A stretch of DNA of 64,000 bases, taken from Phormidesmis sp. (GTDB lineage: Bacteria; Cyanobacteriota; Cyanobacteriia; Leptolyngbyales; Leptolyngbyaceae). The translations under genes and the position numbers were made by a program. The stretch lies in NCBI GenBank assembly GCA_965248535.1, contig CBDFJR010000002.1:1472001-1536000 (forward strand), given 5' to 3'. This document shows, piece after piece, positions 31,461 through 42,014 of this stretch. Numbering within the stretch: the stretch's first letter is position 1; every line of letters starts with the position of its first letter. Below the pieces are notes generated by a model. The model was not told where the DNA came from and did no database searches. It saw only the letters and a list, made by a program, of their open reading frames with translations.

Positions 31461-32372
31461 ATGGCTGCTTTTTGGCGAAATACTCGATTTTGGCGCTTTG
31501 CCGGACAAGCGATCGCGGTCGTCTTGATCGTCTTCTCTCTGGCATTTTTAGGAAACAATCTGATTCGCAATCTGCAACAACTGGGCATTCAGTTTGGGTT
31601 TAATTTTCTCAAATCTCAGGCTGGGTTCACGATCGGAGATATTCCGTTTGCCTACAAACCGTCTGACAGCTATATTTTGGCGCTGTTGGTGGGGTTGCTC
31701 AACACCTTGAGGGTGATTAGTGTGGGAATGGCGATCGCAACGGCGATCGGAGTCACCGCAGGAATGGCTCGGTTATCGACGAATTGGCTCGTGCAAAAAC
31801 TGGCGCTGATCTATGTCGAAGGGCTGCGAAATATCCCTTTGCTATTGCAGCTTTTTTTCTGGTATTTTGCCGTGTTTTTGAGTTTGCCTAAACCAGAAGA
31901 TGCCATTTCGCTGGGATTTCTCAACGTGAGCAATCGCGGAGTCGGGCTGCTGGGCTTACAGCTTTCACCGGAATTTTCGGCACTGCTAGCGGGGTTGGCT
32001 CTTTATACGGGGACGTTTATCGCAGAAATTGTGCGCGGTGGCATTCAGTCAGTGCCCAAGGGACAGTGGGAGGCGGCGCGATCGCTGGGGCTAAAACCCA
32101 CGTTAATGATGCGATTGGTGATCTTTCCTCAAGCTCTAAAAGCAATCATTCCACCGTTGTCAAATCAATATTTGAACTTAGCAAAAAATTCTAGTTTAGC
32201 AGTTGCGGTTGGTTATCCTGATCTGTATGCAATTGCGTCTACAACGTTTAATCAAACGGGTCGTGCGGTCGAAGTGATGATTTTGATCTGTGCCACTTAT
32301 CTCACGATCAGTCTAGTGATTTCTCTAGTGATGAATTTATATAACCGCTCTGTGCAGGTGATAGAACGATGA
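31461..32372 (+). CDS. Polar amino-acid ABC permease (AapQ/NatG-like)
   Basis: YVEGLRNIPLLLQL, AEIVRGGIQSVPKGQWEAA, NQTGRAVE. Confidence 0.9.
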   Translation: MAAFWRNTRFWRFAGQAIAVVLIVFSLAFLGNNLIRNLQQLGIQFGFNFLKSQAGFTIGDIPFAYKPSDSYILALLVGLLNTLRVISVGMAIATAIGVTAGMARLSTNWLVQKLALIYVEGLRNIPLLLQLFFWYFAVFLSLPKPEDAISLGFLNVSNRGVGLLGLQLSPEFSALLAGLALYTGTFIAEIVRGGIQSVPKGQWEAARSLGLKPTLMMRLVIFPQALKAIIPPLSNQYLNLAKNSSLAVAVGYPDLYAIASTTFNQTGRAVEVMILICATYLTISLVISLVMNLYNRSVQVIER

Positions 32373-33364
32373 ACTCACCTAAAAAATCCCCGATCGCTTG
32401 GCTGCAAAGCAATCTTTTTAACACTTGGTATAACAGTCTGCTGACGATCGTCTGTCTCACTCTCCTGATTTGGATTTTCTATGGAGTCGTCAATTGGGCA
32501 TTCACAAAAGCGCAATGGGAAGTCGTCACCTCTAATTTGCCGTTATTTTTTGTGGGGCGATATCCTGCCGATCAGGTGTGGCGATTGTGGTTAGGGTTGG
32601 TGTTGATTGGGGGCACGATCGCCAATGGAATTCTTAACGCTAAACAAAGACGGTTTTTAGTGATTTTAATTCCTGTTGCTCTGTTGCTTGTCTTGTGGCT
32701 GATCGGCGGTGGATTCATTCTCACTCCGATTGGTACTAATTTGTGGAATGGATTATTACTCACGTTACTAGCAGCAAGTGTCAGCATCGCGCTAGCGTTT
32801 CCGTTGGGAATCTTATTAGCGTTGGGGCGACAAAGCACTCTTCCAGTTTTACGAGGGTTTTGTACCCTCTATGTTGAACTCATTCGTGGACTGCCACTGA
32901 TCGGAATTTTGTTTATGGCCCAGGTAATGCTGCCTCTGGTGTTGCCGGGTCAGGTGCAACTCGATCGGGTGGTGAGAGCGATCGCGGGGTTAGTTCTTTT
33001 CAACGCTGCCTATCTCGCAGAAAATGTGCGCGGTGGGTTGCAGTCCATTCCACGGGGGCAGATCGAAGCCGCTAAAGCCTTGGGATTAAATACACCATTA
33101 TCGCTATTATTAATTGTGTTACCGCAGGCGTTGAGAACAGTGATTCCTGCGATCGTCGGTCAATTCATTTCGCTATTCAAAGATACGTCACTGCTCTCAT
33201 TGTTTGCGCTGGTTGAGTTGACGGGCATTACCCGTTCTATTTTGGCGCAACCTCAGTTTTTGGGGCGTTATGCAGAAGTCTATTTATTTATTGGGTTAAT
33301 CTATTGGGTGTTTTGTTACACCATGTCGCAACTGAGCCGTAAATTAGAGCAAAAGAATACTTAG
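32369..33364 (+). CDS. Polar amino-acid ABC permease (AapM/NatH-like)
   Basis: NLFNTWYNSLLT, RGLPLIGILF, AENVRGGLQSIPRGQ, FKDTSL. Confidence 0.9.
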   Translation: MNSPKKSPIAWLQSNLFNTWYNSLLTIVCLTLLIWIFYGVVNWAFTKAQWEVVTSNLPLFFVGRYPADQVWRLWLGLVLIGGTIANGILNAKQRRFLVILIPVALLLVLWLIGGGFILTPIGTNLWNGLLLTLLAASVSIALAFPLGILLALGRQSTLPVLRGFCTLYVELIRGLPLIGILFMAQVMLPLVLPGQVQLDRVVRAIAGLVLFNAAYLAENVRGGLQSIPRGQIEAAKALGLNTPLSLLLIVLPQALRTVIPAIVGQFISLFKDTSLLSLFALVELTGITRSILAQPQFLGRYAEVYLFIGLIYWVFCYTMSQLSRKLEQKNT

Positions 33365-33447
33365 GATTCTGGATAAAGCGAAAAAGCCGTCTCGATTGCC
33401 TAAGTCAGAGAATATGCTTAAACCGCGAGTTCTCGGAGTTATTTAAC

Positions 33448-33933
33448 TCAATCTTCAGAAAAGACTTGATTAAACAAAGATCGCTTGACTCTGAAGTCAA
33501 CTTCAATAATTTGTTGATAAAGATCATCCAAGCTTCTAATGTTGATTTTACCATCTTTTCTCAACTTGCTAATAATGGCTAGCGTCCCCTTGATGTTTAG
33601 ACCAAGTTTTCTGGCTTCTCTCCTAGCTGTTGAGTCATCTAGCAAAATGTAGTCTGCGGTTAGTTCAATTCCTAAAGCAATGGCTTCTGATTCTCCTTTT
33701 CCTAATCGCTGATTCAATCTACTGACAAGGGTTGTGAAGTTGGATGCCCGAACTTGAAGATTGCCGGAGTTAATCAAATCTTGGACAGTTTGGCTAGCCG
33801 GGTCTGGTTTAGCTCCAATTTCATCAGCAACAGATTGAGGAATATAGAAACTATCAGAAGATTCAACCAACTGATTTAGGTAGTTCAACTTTGACAGAAA
33901 AATCAGTGGTGAAGAATTGAAAACAATGTGCAT
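33448..33933 (-). CDS. PIN-like DUF3368 toxin
   Basis: VFNSSPLIFLSK, LGKGESEAIAL, ILLDDSTARREARKLGL..GTL. Confidence 0.88.
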   Translation of the reverse strand: MHIVFNSSPLIFLSKLNYLNQLVESSDSFYIPQSVADEIGAKPDPASQTVQDLINSGNLQVRASNFTTLVSRLNQRLGKGESEAIALGIELTADYILLDDSTARREARKLGLNIKGTLAIISKLRKDGKINIRSLDDLYQQIIEVDFRVKRSLFNQVFSED

Positions 33934-33940
33934 TTATTCA

Positions 33941-34174
33941 TTAGCTTCTTTCCAAGACGACATCCTCTTCAGAGAGGTAAGAAAATTCAATTCCCATCAG
34001 GTCTAGAATTTTGAGAAGTTCTGCTGGCTCTAGCTGCATGACCTCTGCGGCTTTTTTTAGACTGATTACTCTGGCAAATAAAGCGCCGAGTAAAAAGAGA
34101 AAGTCTTCTTTTTGTTCAACGCTCTGAAATATCTGAACTTCTGAGGCGATCGATTGAGTTAGCGACCTGTTCAT
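33941..34174 (-). CDS. UPF0175-like antitoxin
   Basis: ISLKKAAEVMQL...GIEFSYLSEED, directly upstream of DUF3368. Confidence 0.78.
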   Translation of the reverse strand: MNRSLTQSIASEVQIFQSVEQKEDFLFLLGALFARVISLKKAAEVMQLEPAELLKILDLMGIEFSYLSEEDVVLERS

Positions 34175-34346
34175 AACTCTACATACCTCGGTTCATAAAA
34201 CTGGGATTTATATAACCTAACCGGATTTATGTCCTGCCGCAAATCCTATTTTCGATTCCGTTCCAAACTTCCAGACGAAGCAGCAGAACAAGGGTATTCT
34301 TAAGGATGAACGCCCGATCGCCAAACTCTTTTCTCCCTCACTTGCT

Positions 34347-35075
34347 ATGTCAATGCTGATCGCTGAAAATGTTCACAAATGGTATGGTAAATTTCAGGTG
34401 TTGCGGGGCGTGAGTTTGACGGTCAGCCCTGGCGAAGTCGTTGTGATTATGGGCCCTTCTGGCTCTGGAAAATCCACATTTATTCGCACGTTTAACGCGC
34501 TCGAAGAGTATCAGCAAGGACGCATTATCATTGATGGCACCGAGCTATCTGACGACCTGCGAAACATTGACACCATTCGGCGAGAAGTGGGCATGGTGTT
34601 TCAGCAGTTTAATTTATTTCCCCATTTGACCGTGTTGCAAAACGTCACCCTTGCCCCAACTTGGGTGCGCAAGTGGAGTAAAGCAAAAGCCGAAGAAGTG
34701 GCTTTGCAACTACTAGAGCGAGTCGGCATTCTTGAACAGGCGCAAAAATATCCGGGTCAGCTATCGGGTGGGCAGCAGCAGCGAGTCGCGATCGCTCGTG
34801 CCCTAGCCATGCAGCCCAAAATTATGCTGTTTGATGAACCTACTTCTGCTCTCGACCCCGAAATGGTGCGCGAAGTGTTAGACGTGATGCGATCGCTGGC
34901 TGAGTCAGGCATGACCATGATTGTGGTCACTCACGAAGTCGGGTTTGCGCGAGAAGTCGCCGATCGGATCGTTCTGATGGACGAAGGTTTGTTAGTTGAA
35001 TCGGCCAGCCCAATCGAGTTTTTTCAACATCCCAAAGAAGAGCGGACTCGAAAATTTCTGGCTCAAATCCTTTGA
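34347..35075 (+). CDS. Amino-acid ABC ATP-binding protein (AapP/GlnQ-like)
   Basis: [37 protein letters not shown]. Confidence 0.94.
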   Translation: MSMLIAENVHKWYGKFQVLRGVSLTVSPGEVVVIMGPSGSGKSTFIRTFNALEEYQQGRIIIDGTELSDDLRNIDTIRREVGMVFQQFNLFPHLTVLQNVTLAPTWVRKWSKAKAEEVALQLLERVGILEQAQKYPGQLSGGQQQRVAIARALAMQPKIMLFDEPTSALDPEMVREVLDVMRSLAESGMTMIVVTHEVGFAREVADRIVLMDEGLLVESASPIEFFQHPKEERTRKFLAQIL

Positions 35076-35169
35076 CTACACGCAGATACGATTGTGATTT
35101 ATCACGTTTTAGTATAGGCTTTACCAGGCATTACAGAAGTTCACATTTCGTAAACTGGATTTAGATACT

Positions 35170-35793
35170 ATGAACATGAAAGCTTCCGCTCTACTGAAAA
35201 CCCTGGGATTTGCTGGCTTTTTGAGCGTAGGGGCCTTTGTGCTTCCGGCTGCGATTCAAGCGGCTGATATGCCCATGTCGGCTCCCATGACAAAGCCAAC
35301 CCTCAAGCCCGTTTCCCCTAAACCCACCTACAGCCCTCCCCCGATGTCGGCTCCGGGGTCGATGATGGGGTCTGAAAAGACGATCGTTCAAATCGCCTCT
35401 ACCAATGGGTCGTTTAAAACCCTGACGGCGGCTCTCAAGGCGGCTGGCTTGATCGAAACCTTGTCAAGCCCTGGGCCCTTCACCGTTTTTGCTCCTACGG
35501 ATGCTGCCTTTGCTGCGCTCCCTAAGGGCACCGTTGAAAAGCTTCTCAAGCCTGAAAATAAAGCAATGCTAGTCAAAATCCTAACCTACCACGTTGTTTC
35601 GGGTGAGGTGCTCTCTAGCAGCCTGAAGACCGGAAACGTCAAAACAGTTGAAGGCAGCCCAGTCATGGTTAAAGTGGGCACCCGTGGCGTAATGGTCAAC
35701 AACGCTAGAGTGCTCAAAGCGGACATCAAAGCCAGCAATGGGGTCATTCACGTCATCGATAAAGTGATCATGCCAGCCGCTAAAATTAGATAG
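35170..35793 (+). CDS. Fasciclin (FAS1) domain secreted protein
   Basis: Signal peptide, Pro/Met-rich linker, [32 protein letters not shown]. Confidence 0.93.
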   Translation: MNMKASALLKTLGFAGFLSVGAFVLPAAIQAADMPMSAPMTKPTLKPVSPKPTYSPPPMSAPGSMMGSEKTIVQIASTNGSFKTLTAALKAAGLIETLSSPGPFTVFAPTDAAFAALPKGTVEKLLKPENKAMLVKILTYHVVSGEVLSSSLKTGNVKTVEGSPVMVKVGTRGVMVNNARVLKADIKASNGVIHVIDKVIMPAAKIR

Positions 35794-35877
35794 TCTTCCG
35801 TAAAACCTCAATCGCCCGTAGAGACGCTAGATGAAACGTTCCTGCGGGCGATCGCTATAATCTGCCAGAATCAGACA

Positions 35878-36018
35878 TTAGCCTTGAGTGCGACGAACAT
35901 GATCCATAATGCGCTGTTTGCGCTCTAGCGATCGGGCAGGCAAAGGCTTGCTAAAGTCTCCAACACTGCGGGAGATATGCTCCATGATTCTTTTCTTACG
36001 ATCGTCTGCGTTAGCCAT
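35878..36018 (-). CDS. 46-aa microprotein with two RKxRIMxHxxR repeats (absent from ORF track)
   Basis: Own translation: MANADDRKKRIMEHISRSVGDFSKPLPARSLERKQRIMDHVRRTQG*. Confidence 0.7.
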   Translation of the reverse strand: MANADDRKKRIMEHISRSVGDFSKPLPARSLERKQRIMDHVRRTQG

Positions 36019-36117
36019 AGTGAACCTGAATCAAGCGAAGTATTTGTACTAGCTCAATTCTAGGGTGATTCCCTCGTTAGGGTGGCTCTGAGACCGCCAG
36101 AATTCAGCAGCTTGTCG

Positions 36118-37206
36118 TTATCTAAACGGCGGTGACAGCAGAAACCCACCTTTGGTGGAGAGATTATTTTGTCCGCGAGGCAGATTGAGCTTGGTTTTAG
36201 CACCGAGATTGCGATCGTAGATCTCGCCATAGTTGCCCACTTTCTGAATAATTCGCGCCGCAAAGTCGTTAGAGACTCCCATGCCTTTGCCCAAGTCGCC
36301 TTCTGCACCCAAAAATCGCTTCACCGTCGGATCGGGGCTGCTTACCTGCTGAGTTACATTTTGCGAAGTCACGCCCAACTCTTCAGCTTTGATCAGGGTA
36401 AACACCGTCCATCTCACCAGATTGCTCCAAGCTGCGTCCCCCTCGGCAACGGCTGGGGCTAGCGGCTCTTCAGACAAGGGTTCTTCTAAAATGACGTGAT
36501 CATCGGGTTGGGGCAGCGTTGTGCGTCGAGACACTAGCTGAGAGCGATCGGCGGTGACTCCTTCACAGCGCCCCTGGGCATACGTTCCAAAAGTGGTGTT
36601 GACATCCTCAAACACAACCGGGGTATAGGGAAGGCTGCGTTTCCGCATCTGATCGGTCAGGTTTTGCTCAGTGGTGGTGCCCGTCTGAATGCAGATCGAT
36701 TTGCCCTTGAGATCGGCTAGGGTTTTGATGCCGCTTGCCTTTCGCACCATAATGCCCTGACCGTCATAAAAGACGACGGGGGCAAATTCTAACCCGACGG
36801 AGGTGTCTCGGCTCATCGTCCACGTTGTGTTGCGGCTGAGAATATCGACTTCGCCCGTTTGCACGGCGGTGAAACGCTCTTTGGCGTTGAGGTTGCGATA
36901 TTCGACCGCATCAGCGTTGTTGAAAAGGGCAGCGGCGATCGCGCGACATACGTCTACGTCTAGCCCCGAATATTTGCCATCTTTGCCGACAAAACTAAAT
37001 CCAGGAAGTTCTCCACTGACCCCACACAGGAGTTTTCCTCGACTGAGAACGGTGGCTAGCCGTCCTTTGGGCGCGGTGGTGCCTGTGCTTTGACCTGTGG
37101 GCGTGTCACTGCAAGCCGCCAACGATAAACCTAGCAAAGCGATGAGCAACCGGGAACGCATTTGCATGATAGTAGGAGGGTTTGGGGAGACAATTAGCGG
37201 AGCCAT
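36118..37206 (-). CDS. Amino-acid ABC substrate-binding lipoprotein (AapJ/NatF-like)
   Basis: LAAC lipobox, GLDVDVCRAIAAA, RNTTWTMSRD, VGNYGEIYDRNLG, SPPFR; true start probably MQMRSR or MRSR. Confidence 0.92.
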   Translation of the reverse strand: MAPLIVSPNPPTIMQMRSRLLIALLGLSLAACSDTPTGQSTGTTAPKGRLATVLSRGKLLCGVSGELPGFSFVGKDGKYSGLDVDVCRAIAAALFNNADAVEYRNLNAKERFTAVQTGEVDILSRNTTWTMSRDTSVGLEFAPVVFYDGQGIMVRKASGIKTLADLKGKSICIQTGTTTEQNLTDQMRKRSLPYTPVVFEDVNTTFGTYAQGRCEGVTADRSQLVSRRTTLPQPDDHVILEEPLSEEPLAPAVAEGDAAWSNLVRWTVFTLIKAEELGVTSQNVTQQVSSPDPTVKRFLGAEGDLGKGMGVSNDFAARIIQKVGNYGEIYDRNLGAKTKLNLPRGQNNLSTKGGFLLSPPFR

Positions 37207-37236
37207 TGTAGTCCTTTCTCAGGGCTTGTGGTGGGT

Positions 37237-38199
37237 TTAGCGCGATCGGCTCGTTTCTGGCTGACGCTCAAAGCCTGCGACTTCGCCCAGGGTATAGAGC
37301 GGACGATTTTTTACCTCTTCATAAATTCGCCCGATGTATTCTCCCAGAATGCCAATGCTGACTAGCTGCACGGCTCCTAAAAAGAAAATCGCGACAATGA
37401 TCGTGGCCAACCCGGTTAGGGGTGAATGGGGCACAAAAATTCGCCAATAGAGCACCAAGACTGCCATCGCCATCGCCACCACGGCTGAGAACAGTCCAAC
37501 ATAGGTCGAGATCCGAAGCGGCACTTTAGAAAACGAGACTAACCCATTTACGGCTAGCGCAAAGGATTTGCTGAACGTGTATTTGACCTCACCCGCAAAT
37601 CGCGGATCGCGATCGAACTTCACCGAGGTTTGCGAAAACCCGACCCACGATCGTAGCCCTCGCAGATAGCGATTTCGTTCTGGCATGGCGTTGAGCAGGT
37701 TGACGACTTGGCGATCGAGCAAACAAAAATCACCCGTGTCGGTGGGGATATCTACATCTGCCAGGTTCTTTAACAATCGGTAAAACACATAGGCGGTCAA
37801 GCGCTTAAACCAGCCTTCTCGCAGGCGCTGAATGCGTTGGGCATAGACCACCTGATAGCCCTGCTGCCACTGTTCCACCATTTGAGGAATCAGTTCTGGG
37901 GGGTCTTGCAGATCGGCATCTAAAATCACAATCACTTGACCTCGTGCGAAGTTTAGCCCTGCCGTCACCGCAATTTGATGACCAAAATTGCGAGCTAAAC
38001 TCAGATAACAAACCCGTGAATCTTGCAGATGTAGCTCACGAATCAGGGGCAGCGATCGGTCTCGACTCCCATCGTTGATCAGCACTAATTCGGCCGCGGC
38101 ATCCAATCGATCCATTACAGAACTGACTCGATGATATAGCTCGTGGATCGTGGCTTCTTCGTTATAGATAGGGATGATCAGCGAGTAGGTTGGCAACAT
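37237..38199 (-). CDS. GT2 polyprenol-phosphate glycosyltransferase (GtrB/ArnC-like)
   Basis: [38 protein letters not shown], two C-terminal TM helices, [17 protein letters not shown]. Confidence 0.92.
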   Translation of the reverse strand: MLPTYSLIIPIYNEEATIHELYHRVSSVMDRLDAAAELVLINDGSRDRSLPLIRELHLQDSRVCYLSLARNFGHQIAVTAGLNFARGQVIVILDADLQDPPELIPQMVEQWQQGYQVVYAQRIQRLREGWFKRLTAYVFYRLLKNLADVDIPTDTGDFCLLDRQVVNLLNAMPERNRYLRGLRSWVGFSQTSVKFDRDPRFAGEVKYTFSKSFALAVNGLVSFSKVPLRISTYVGLFSAVVAMAMAVLVLYWRIFVPHSPLTGLATIIVAIFFLGAVQLVSIGILGEYIGRIYEEVKNRPLYTLGEVAGFERQPETSRSR

Positions 38200-38267
38200 A
38201 TTAGGTGCACCACAGTGAGACAAAAAGCAGCGATCGCGAGAGATGTCACCCCTTAACGATCGTCAAA

Positions 38268-38300
38268 AGATCTCCGAATTCTTCAAGAATTCGGAGATCT
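38268..38300. terminator. Perfect 16-bp inverted repeat after the phosphoketolase stop codon
   Basis: AGATCTCCGAATTCTT-C-AAGAATTCGGAGATCT. Confidence 0.6.
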
Positions 38301-38309
38301 GTTATTAGG

Positions 38310-40538
38310 TTATTGGGTCAATGCTAGGGCCCGTTTTGCCAAGGCCTCGGCCGTGATGCCGTTGACGGCCATCAGTTCACCCGCGCTGGCCGTGGTTTCG
38401 CCCCGCTTCCAGCAGAAGGTATCTCGCTTGGCCGTGCTTCGCAGCATGATCGGCTCCAGCATTCCCCCGGCTCCGCCTGTCACCCCGATCAGCACGTCGC
38501 CGCCAAACATCGCTTCAAACTTGGCATCGTCTAGAAACTCACCGTCTGGCTCTGAGCAAAGATCCCAGGCGACATCGTGCGATCGATAGAGCCGACGCGG
38601 ATTGACCACTGACACGACTCGCACCGATAGCCCCGCAGCTTCGAGATGGGTGGCCGCTTCGAGCACCGGAATCAAAATCATGTCACCGACGACAGCAAAC
38701 ACCACTGTTTTAGCCGCCGCACTCTCTGCGCTGGGCATTTCTTTGAGCACGATCGCGCCCTCTTTTAAAGCCTGACGGGTTTGCTCAAGGGTCGTGTGAA
38801 TCGGAAGCGGCGACTTGCTTGACGTAATCACAATGCCCTTATTTTTGGTCGTCAGCCCCCACTCATAGCAAGCCTGAATGCTATTCGCATCGGGCGGAAA
38901 TAAAGGAAAGACGTTGCCATTTCGCATCATGGCGGCAAAGTAGGCTTCGATTTCAGGCCGCTGGTGAGTCCAGCCGTTGCGTCCCTGTTCTAATGCCCCG
39001 GCGGTAAACAGCGTCATCGTCGATGGAGTCGGGCGGCGTAACTCTGCCATGGCTTGGGTGACGGTTTGCCAAATCGGTAAGCCGTTGATCGCAAAGGATT
39101 CATAAGAGCACCAGAGCGATCGTGACCCCATCAGCGCCAAACCTGCCGCTAACCCTGCACAGGCATCTTCGCTCAATGGCTCATAGACCTGCCCTTTAGG
39201 AGCTTGATAATAGAGCGTGTCTTCAACCGGGTGAATGATTCGCAGGGCCTGGTTAATGTTGGCGATTCCAGAGGCTTCGTTGCCGTCTGCATTGGTGACG
39301 ACAAAGGCCCGATCGCTCGTACCCACATAGCCGACCAGTTTGCCCATTGCGGTGGTCGAGACTTTAGGATCGCCGCCCACGGTGAATTCTTCGAGGGGCA
39401 ACTGACCTAGATCGGGCAAAGGCAAAACTGATTCGGTCACGGCCGTTTTGCTAGCCGGGCCGCCACCTGCCCTTTCGCAGTTGGTTCGCACCAGTTCCCA
39501 CGCGGCGGGAGTTAGAGCACGAGCTTTGAGCGTAGCGATCACATCGGCATTATCTAAGGTGTGTTGAGCATAGAGGTTGTGAGATTTTGCGCCTCTGGCG
39601 TGCATTCCGGCCCCTTTAAGCTGCTTGATGATGAAGACCGTCAGCTTGCCGCCCAAGGCAGAACGGGCCGCGCCATCCATCGCCTTTAACCCCGCTCCCG
39701 TAAATTTCAGCCGTTGCTCTAACGAGAATGCCGTGCTGTCTACATAATCTCCGGGCTGATTTTGGTCGTCAAAGTCTTTGGCATCGACCATGACCACTTC
39801 TTCAAAGCCGTTGCCCTTCCAGTAGGCGATCATTTCGGCGTTGGTTTTGGTTGACACCATGCTGTGATGCTCTTGTGAAAAGCCGTTCCACACCAGCACG
39901 GGCAAAAAGTTGGTCACCTCTGGGTAAGCCGTGTGGAAGTGGGCGATCGCGCTCACGATATACGGCTCTCCTAACCCGCCATCGCCAACGGTGAAGGGGA
40001 ATAGTTTGTCGCGGTGCAGGGTGGCGGCGGCCATCGCGAAGTGTTGCCCCTGACCCAAGGGCCCCGCCGGAGCCAAAATTCCTGGAATAAAGCCAGACAG
40101 ATGTCCGAGTAACCCGTGTTTTTCGCGGAAGCGATCGCGCAACTGCTGCACGGTTTGAATGCCCATATCTTCGAGCGATCGGTCTAAAAACATGGCGCTA
40201 TAAAAACCGGGCGCGTGGTGTCCCACTTCGGTCAAAATATTTTTGTGACCCAACATCACCAGCGCGGCATAGGCTTCGGCTTGACTAGCAAACCCGCCGG
40301 GGTGCCCAGAGGCTTTACTCGCGGTCACTTGCAGGATCAAATAGCGCAGCGCATCCGCCGTGAGAAGGGTTTGATAGGCCGCCGTCACATCGTTGGGGTC
40401 AGCGATCGCGGTTTTGTCGGGCGCGATCGCAGGGGTTTGCCCATAGTGATCAAAACCGGGAAGCGAGTCACCAAAGTATTGAATGCCTTCACAGAAAGCA
40501 GGGGCGGCGGAGGGGGGATGGGGGGTTACTGCGGTCAT
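38310..40538 (-). CDS. Phosphoketolase / transketolase-like TPP enzyme (cyanobacterial short type)
   Basis: SGHPGG, EVGHHAPG, GPLGQG, TVGDGGLGE...WNGFSQ TPP motif, YESFA, RNGWTHQRP. Confidence 0.85.
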   Translation of the reverse strand: MTAVTPHPPSAAPAFCEGIQYFGDSLPGFDHYGQTPAIAPDKTAIADPNDVTAAYQTLLTADALRYLILQVTASKASGHPGGFASQAEAYAALVMLGHKNILTEVGHHAPGFYSAMFLDRSLEDMGIQTVQQLRDRFREKHGLLGHLSGFIPGILAPAGPLGQGQHFAMAAATLHRDKLFPFTVGDGGLGEPYIVSAIAHFHTAYPEVTNFLPVLVWNGFSQEHHSMVSTKTNAEMIAYWKGNGFEEVVMVDAKDFDDQNQPGDYVDSTAFSLEQRLKFTGAGLKAMDGAARSALGGKLTVFIIKQLKGAGMHARGAKSHNLYAQHTLDNADVIATLKARALTPAAWELVRTNCERAGGGPASKTAVTESVLPLPDLGQLPLEEFTVGGDPKVSTTAMGKLVGYVGTSDRAFVVTNADGNEASGIANINQALRIIHPVEDTLYYQAPKGQVYEPLSEDACAGLAAGLALMGSRSLWCSYESFAINGLPIWQTVTQAMAELRRPTPSTMTLFTAGALEQGRNGWTHQRPEIEAYFAAMMRNGNVFPLFPPDANSIQACYEWGLTTKNKGIVITSSKSPLPIHTTLEQTRQALKEGAIVLKEMPSAESAAAKTVVFAVVGDMILIPVLEAATHLEAAGLSVRVVSVVNPRRLYRSHDVAWDLCSEPDGEFLDDAKFEAMFGGDVLIGVTGGAGGMLEPIMLRSTAKRDTFCWKRGETTASAGELMAVNGITAEALAKRALALTQ

Positions 40539-40766
40539 GCTGATGATTCCTACTGCGATGAGCGAGTGCTTAAACTCTTACCCATAGTACACAGCCGCCT
40601 GTGCAAAACGAAAATGAACTGCTTATGACAGCGATTAATGAGATAAAATCTCCTCTCTGCAAAATTTAATCAATCGATCAAATACTGCTAATTTGATGAG
40701 AGCTAATGAGCATCAGAGATCTAAAAAGCGGAGAATAGTTCAACCCGTTCAGCGATCGGTTCCCCT

Positions 40767-41966
40767 ATGAATCTGAGCTTTTGCATCATTGTTAAAAATG
40801 AAGAGGCAGCGTTGCCCCAATGTCTCGCCAGCGTGCGCGATGTCGTGGATGAAATCGTCGTTTTGGATACGGGATCGACGGATGGCACGATCGCGATCGC
40901 TCATTCTTTTAACGCTCGCGTCCACTCGTTTGACTGGTGTAATGATTTCTCAGCCGCCCGCAATGAATCGCTTAAATATGTCCGGGGTGACTGGGTTTTG
41001 GTGTTAGATGCCGACGAGGTGTTAGTGCCCGAAATCGTTCCGGCGCTGCGGCAAGCCATTCGCAGTCCGCGTCATCTTTTGATCAGTTTGGTGCGTCGAG
41101 AAATGGGGGCTGCTCAGTCACCTTACTCAATGGTGTCGCGGTTGTTTCGTCGCCATGCAGAGATTCAGTTTACTCGCCCCTATCACGCGATGGTAGACGA
41201 CAGCGTTGAGGCCCTTTTGCGGCGCGAACCCGATTGGCAGATTGGATGTTTGCCCGATGTGGCGATTTTGCACGACGGCTATCAGGCAAGCACGATCGCG
41301 GCCCGTGATAAATTCACCAAAGCTCGCACGATTATGGAAGGCTTTTTGGCAAATCATCCCGCCGATCCCTATGTGTGCAGCAAGCTAGGCGCACTGTATG
41401 TTGAAATGGGAGCGATAACGCGAGGATTACGATTATTAGAATGGGGACTGCAATCAATTCAACGTCAGTCTCAGATCGATGCTCCGACTCTTTATGAATT
41501 GCATTATCACCTGGGTTGTGTTTACGCCGAACAAAATTCACTTCAGGCAGAACATCACTATCAAGCCGCGCTCCAGCAAGCGATTTTTCCTAAACTTAAA
41601 CTAGGTGCCATCAACAACTGGGGAAATTTGCTCAAAGAAAAAGGCGATCTAGCCGGGGCAAAAACCCTGTATGAGCAAGCGTTAGACATCGATCCGACGT
41701 TGGCGATCGCGCACAACAATCTTGGCATCACTTTAAAAGCTTTGGGACAAATTGGAGACGCGATCGCGCACTACAAAACCGCTATTGAACTGCAACCCGA
41801 CTACGCCGAAGCGCATCAAAACCTAGGAGTTGTTCTCTTAAAAACGGGTCAGGTTGAAGAGAGTTTGGCGGCGTTTAGAGACGCGATCGCGCTGCATGAA
41901 CAAGCAGGATCACCCGAAGGCGATCGCCTCCGCCAAGGACTCAGAGACATGGGATTTGTGACATGA
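40767..41966 (+). CDS. GT2 glycosyltransferase with TPR repeats
   Basis: IVKNEE, DTGSTDGT, DFSAARN, LDADE, followed by AHNNLG and AHQNLG TPRs. Confidence 0.9.
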   Translation: MNLSFCIIVKNEEAALPQCLASVRDVVDEIVVLDTGSTDGTIAIAHSFNARVHSFDWCNDFSAARNESLKYVRGDWVLVLDADEVLVPEIVPALRQAIRSPRHLLISLVRREMGAAQSPYSMVSRLFRRHAEIQFTRPYHAMVDDSVEALLRREPDWQIGCLPDVAILHDGYQASTIAARDKFTKARTIMEGFLANHPADPYVCSKLGALYVEMGAITRGLRLLEWGLQSIQRQSQIDAPTLYELHYHLGCVYAEQNSLQAEHHYQAALQQAIFPKLKLGAINNWGNLLKEKGDLAGAKTLYEQALDIDPTLAIAHNNLGITLKALGQIGDAIAHYKTAIELQPDYAEAHQNLGVVLLKTGQVEESLAAFRDAIALHEQAGSPEGDRLRQGLRDMGFVT

Positions 41967-42014
41967 GACTTCCAATATTCCAATCCAGATCGCGCCCTGT
42001 TAGATTTTGGTAGC

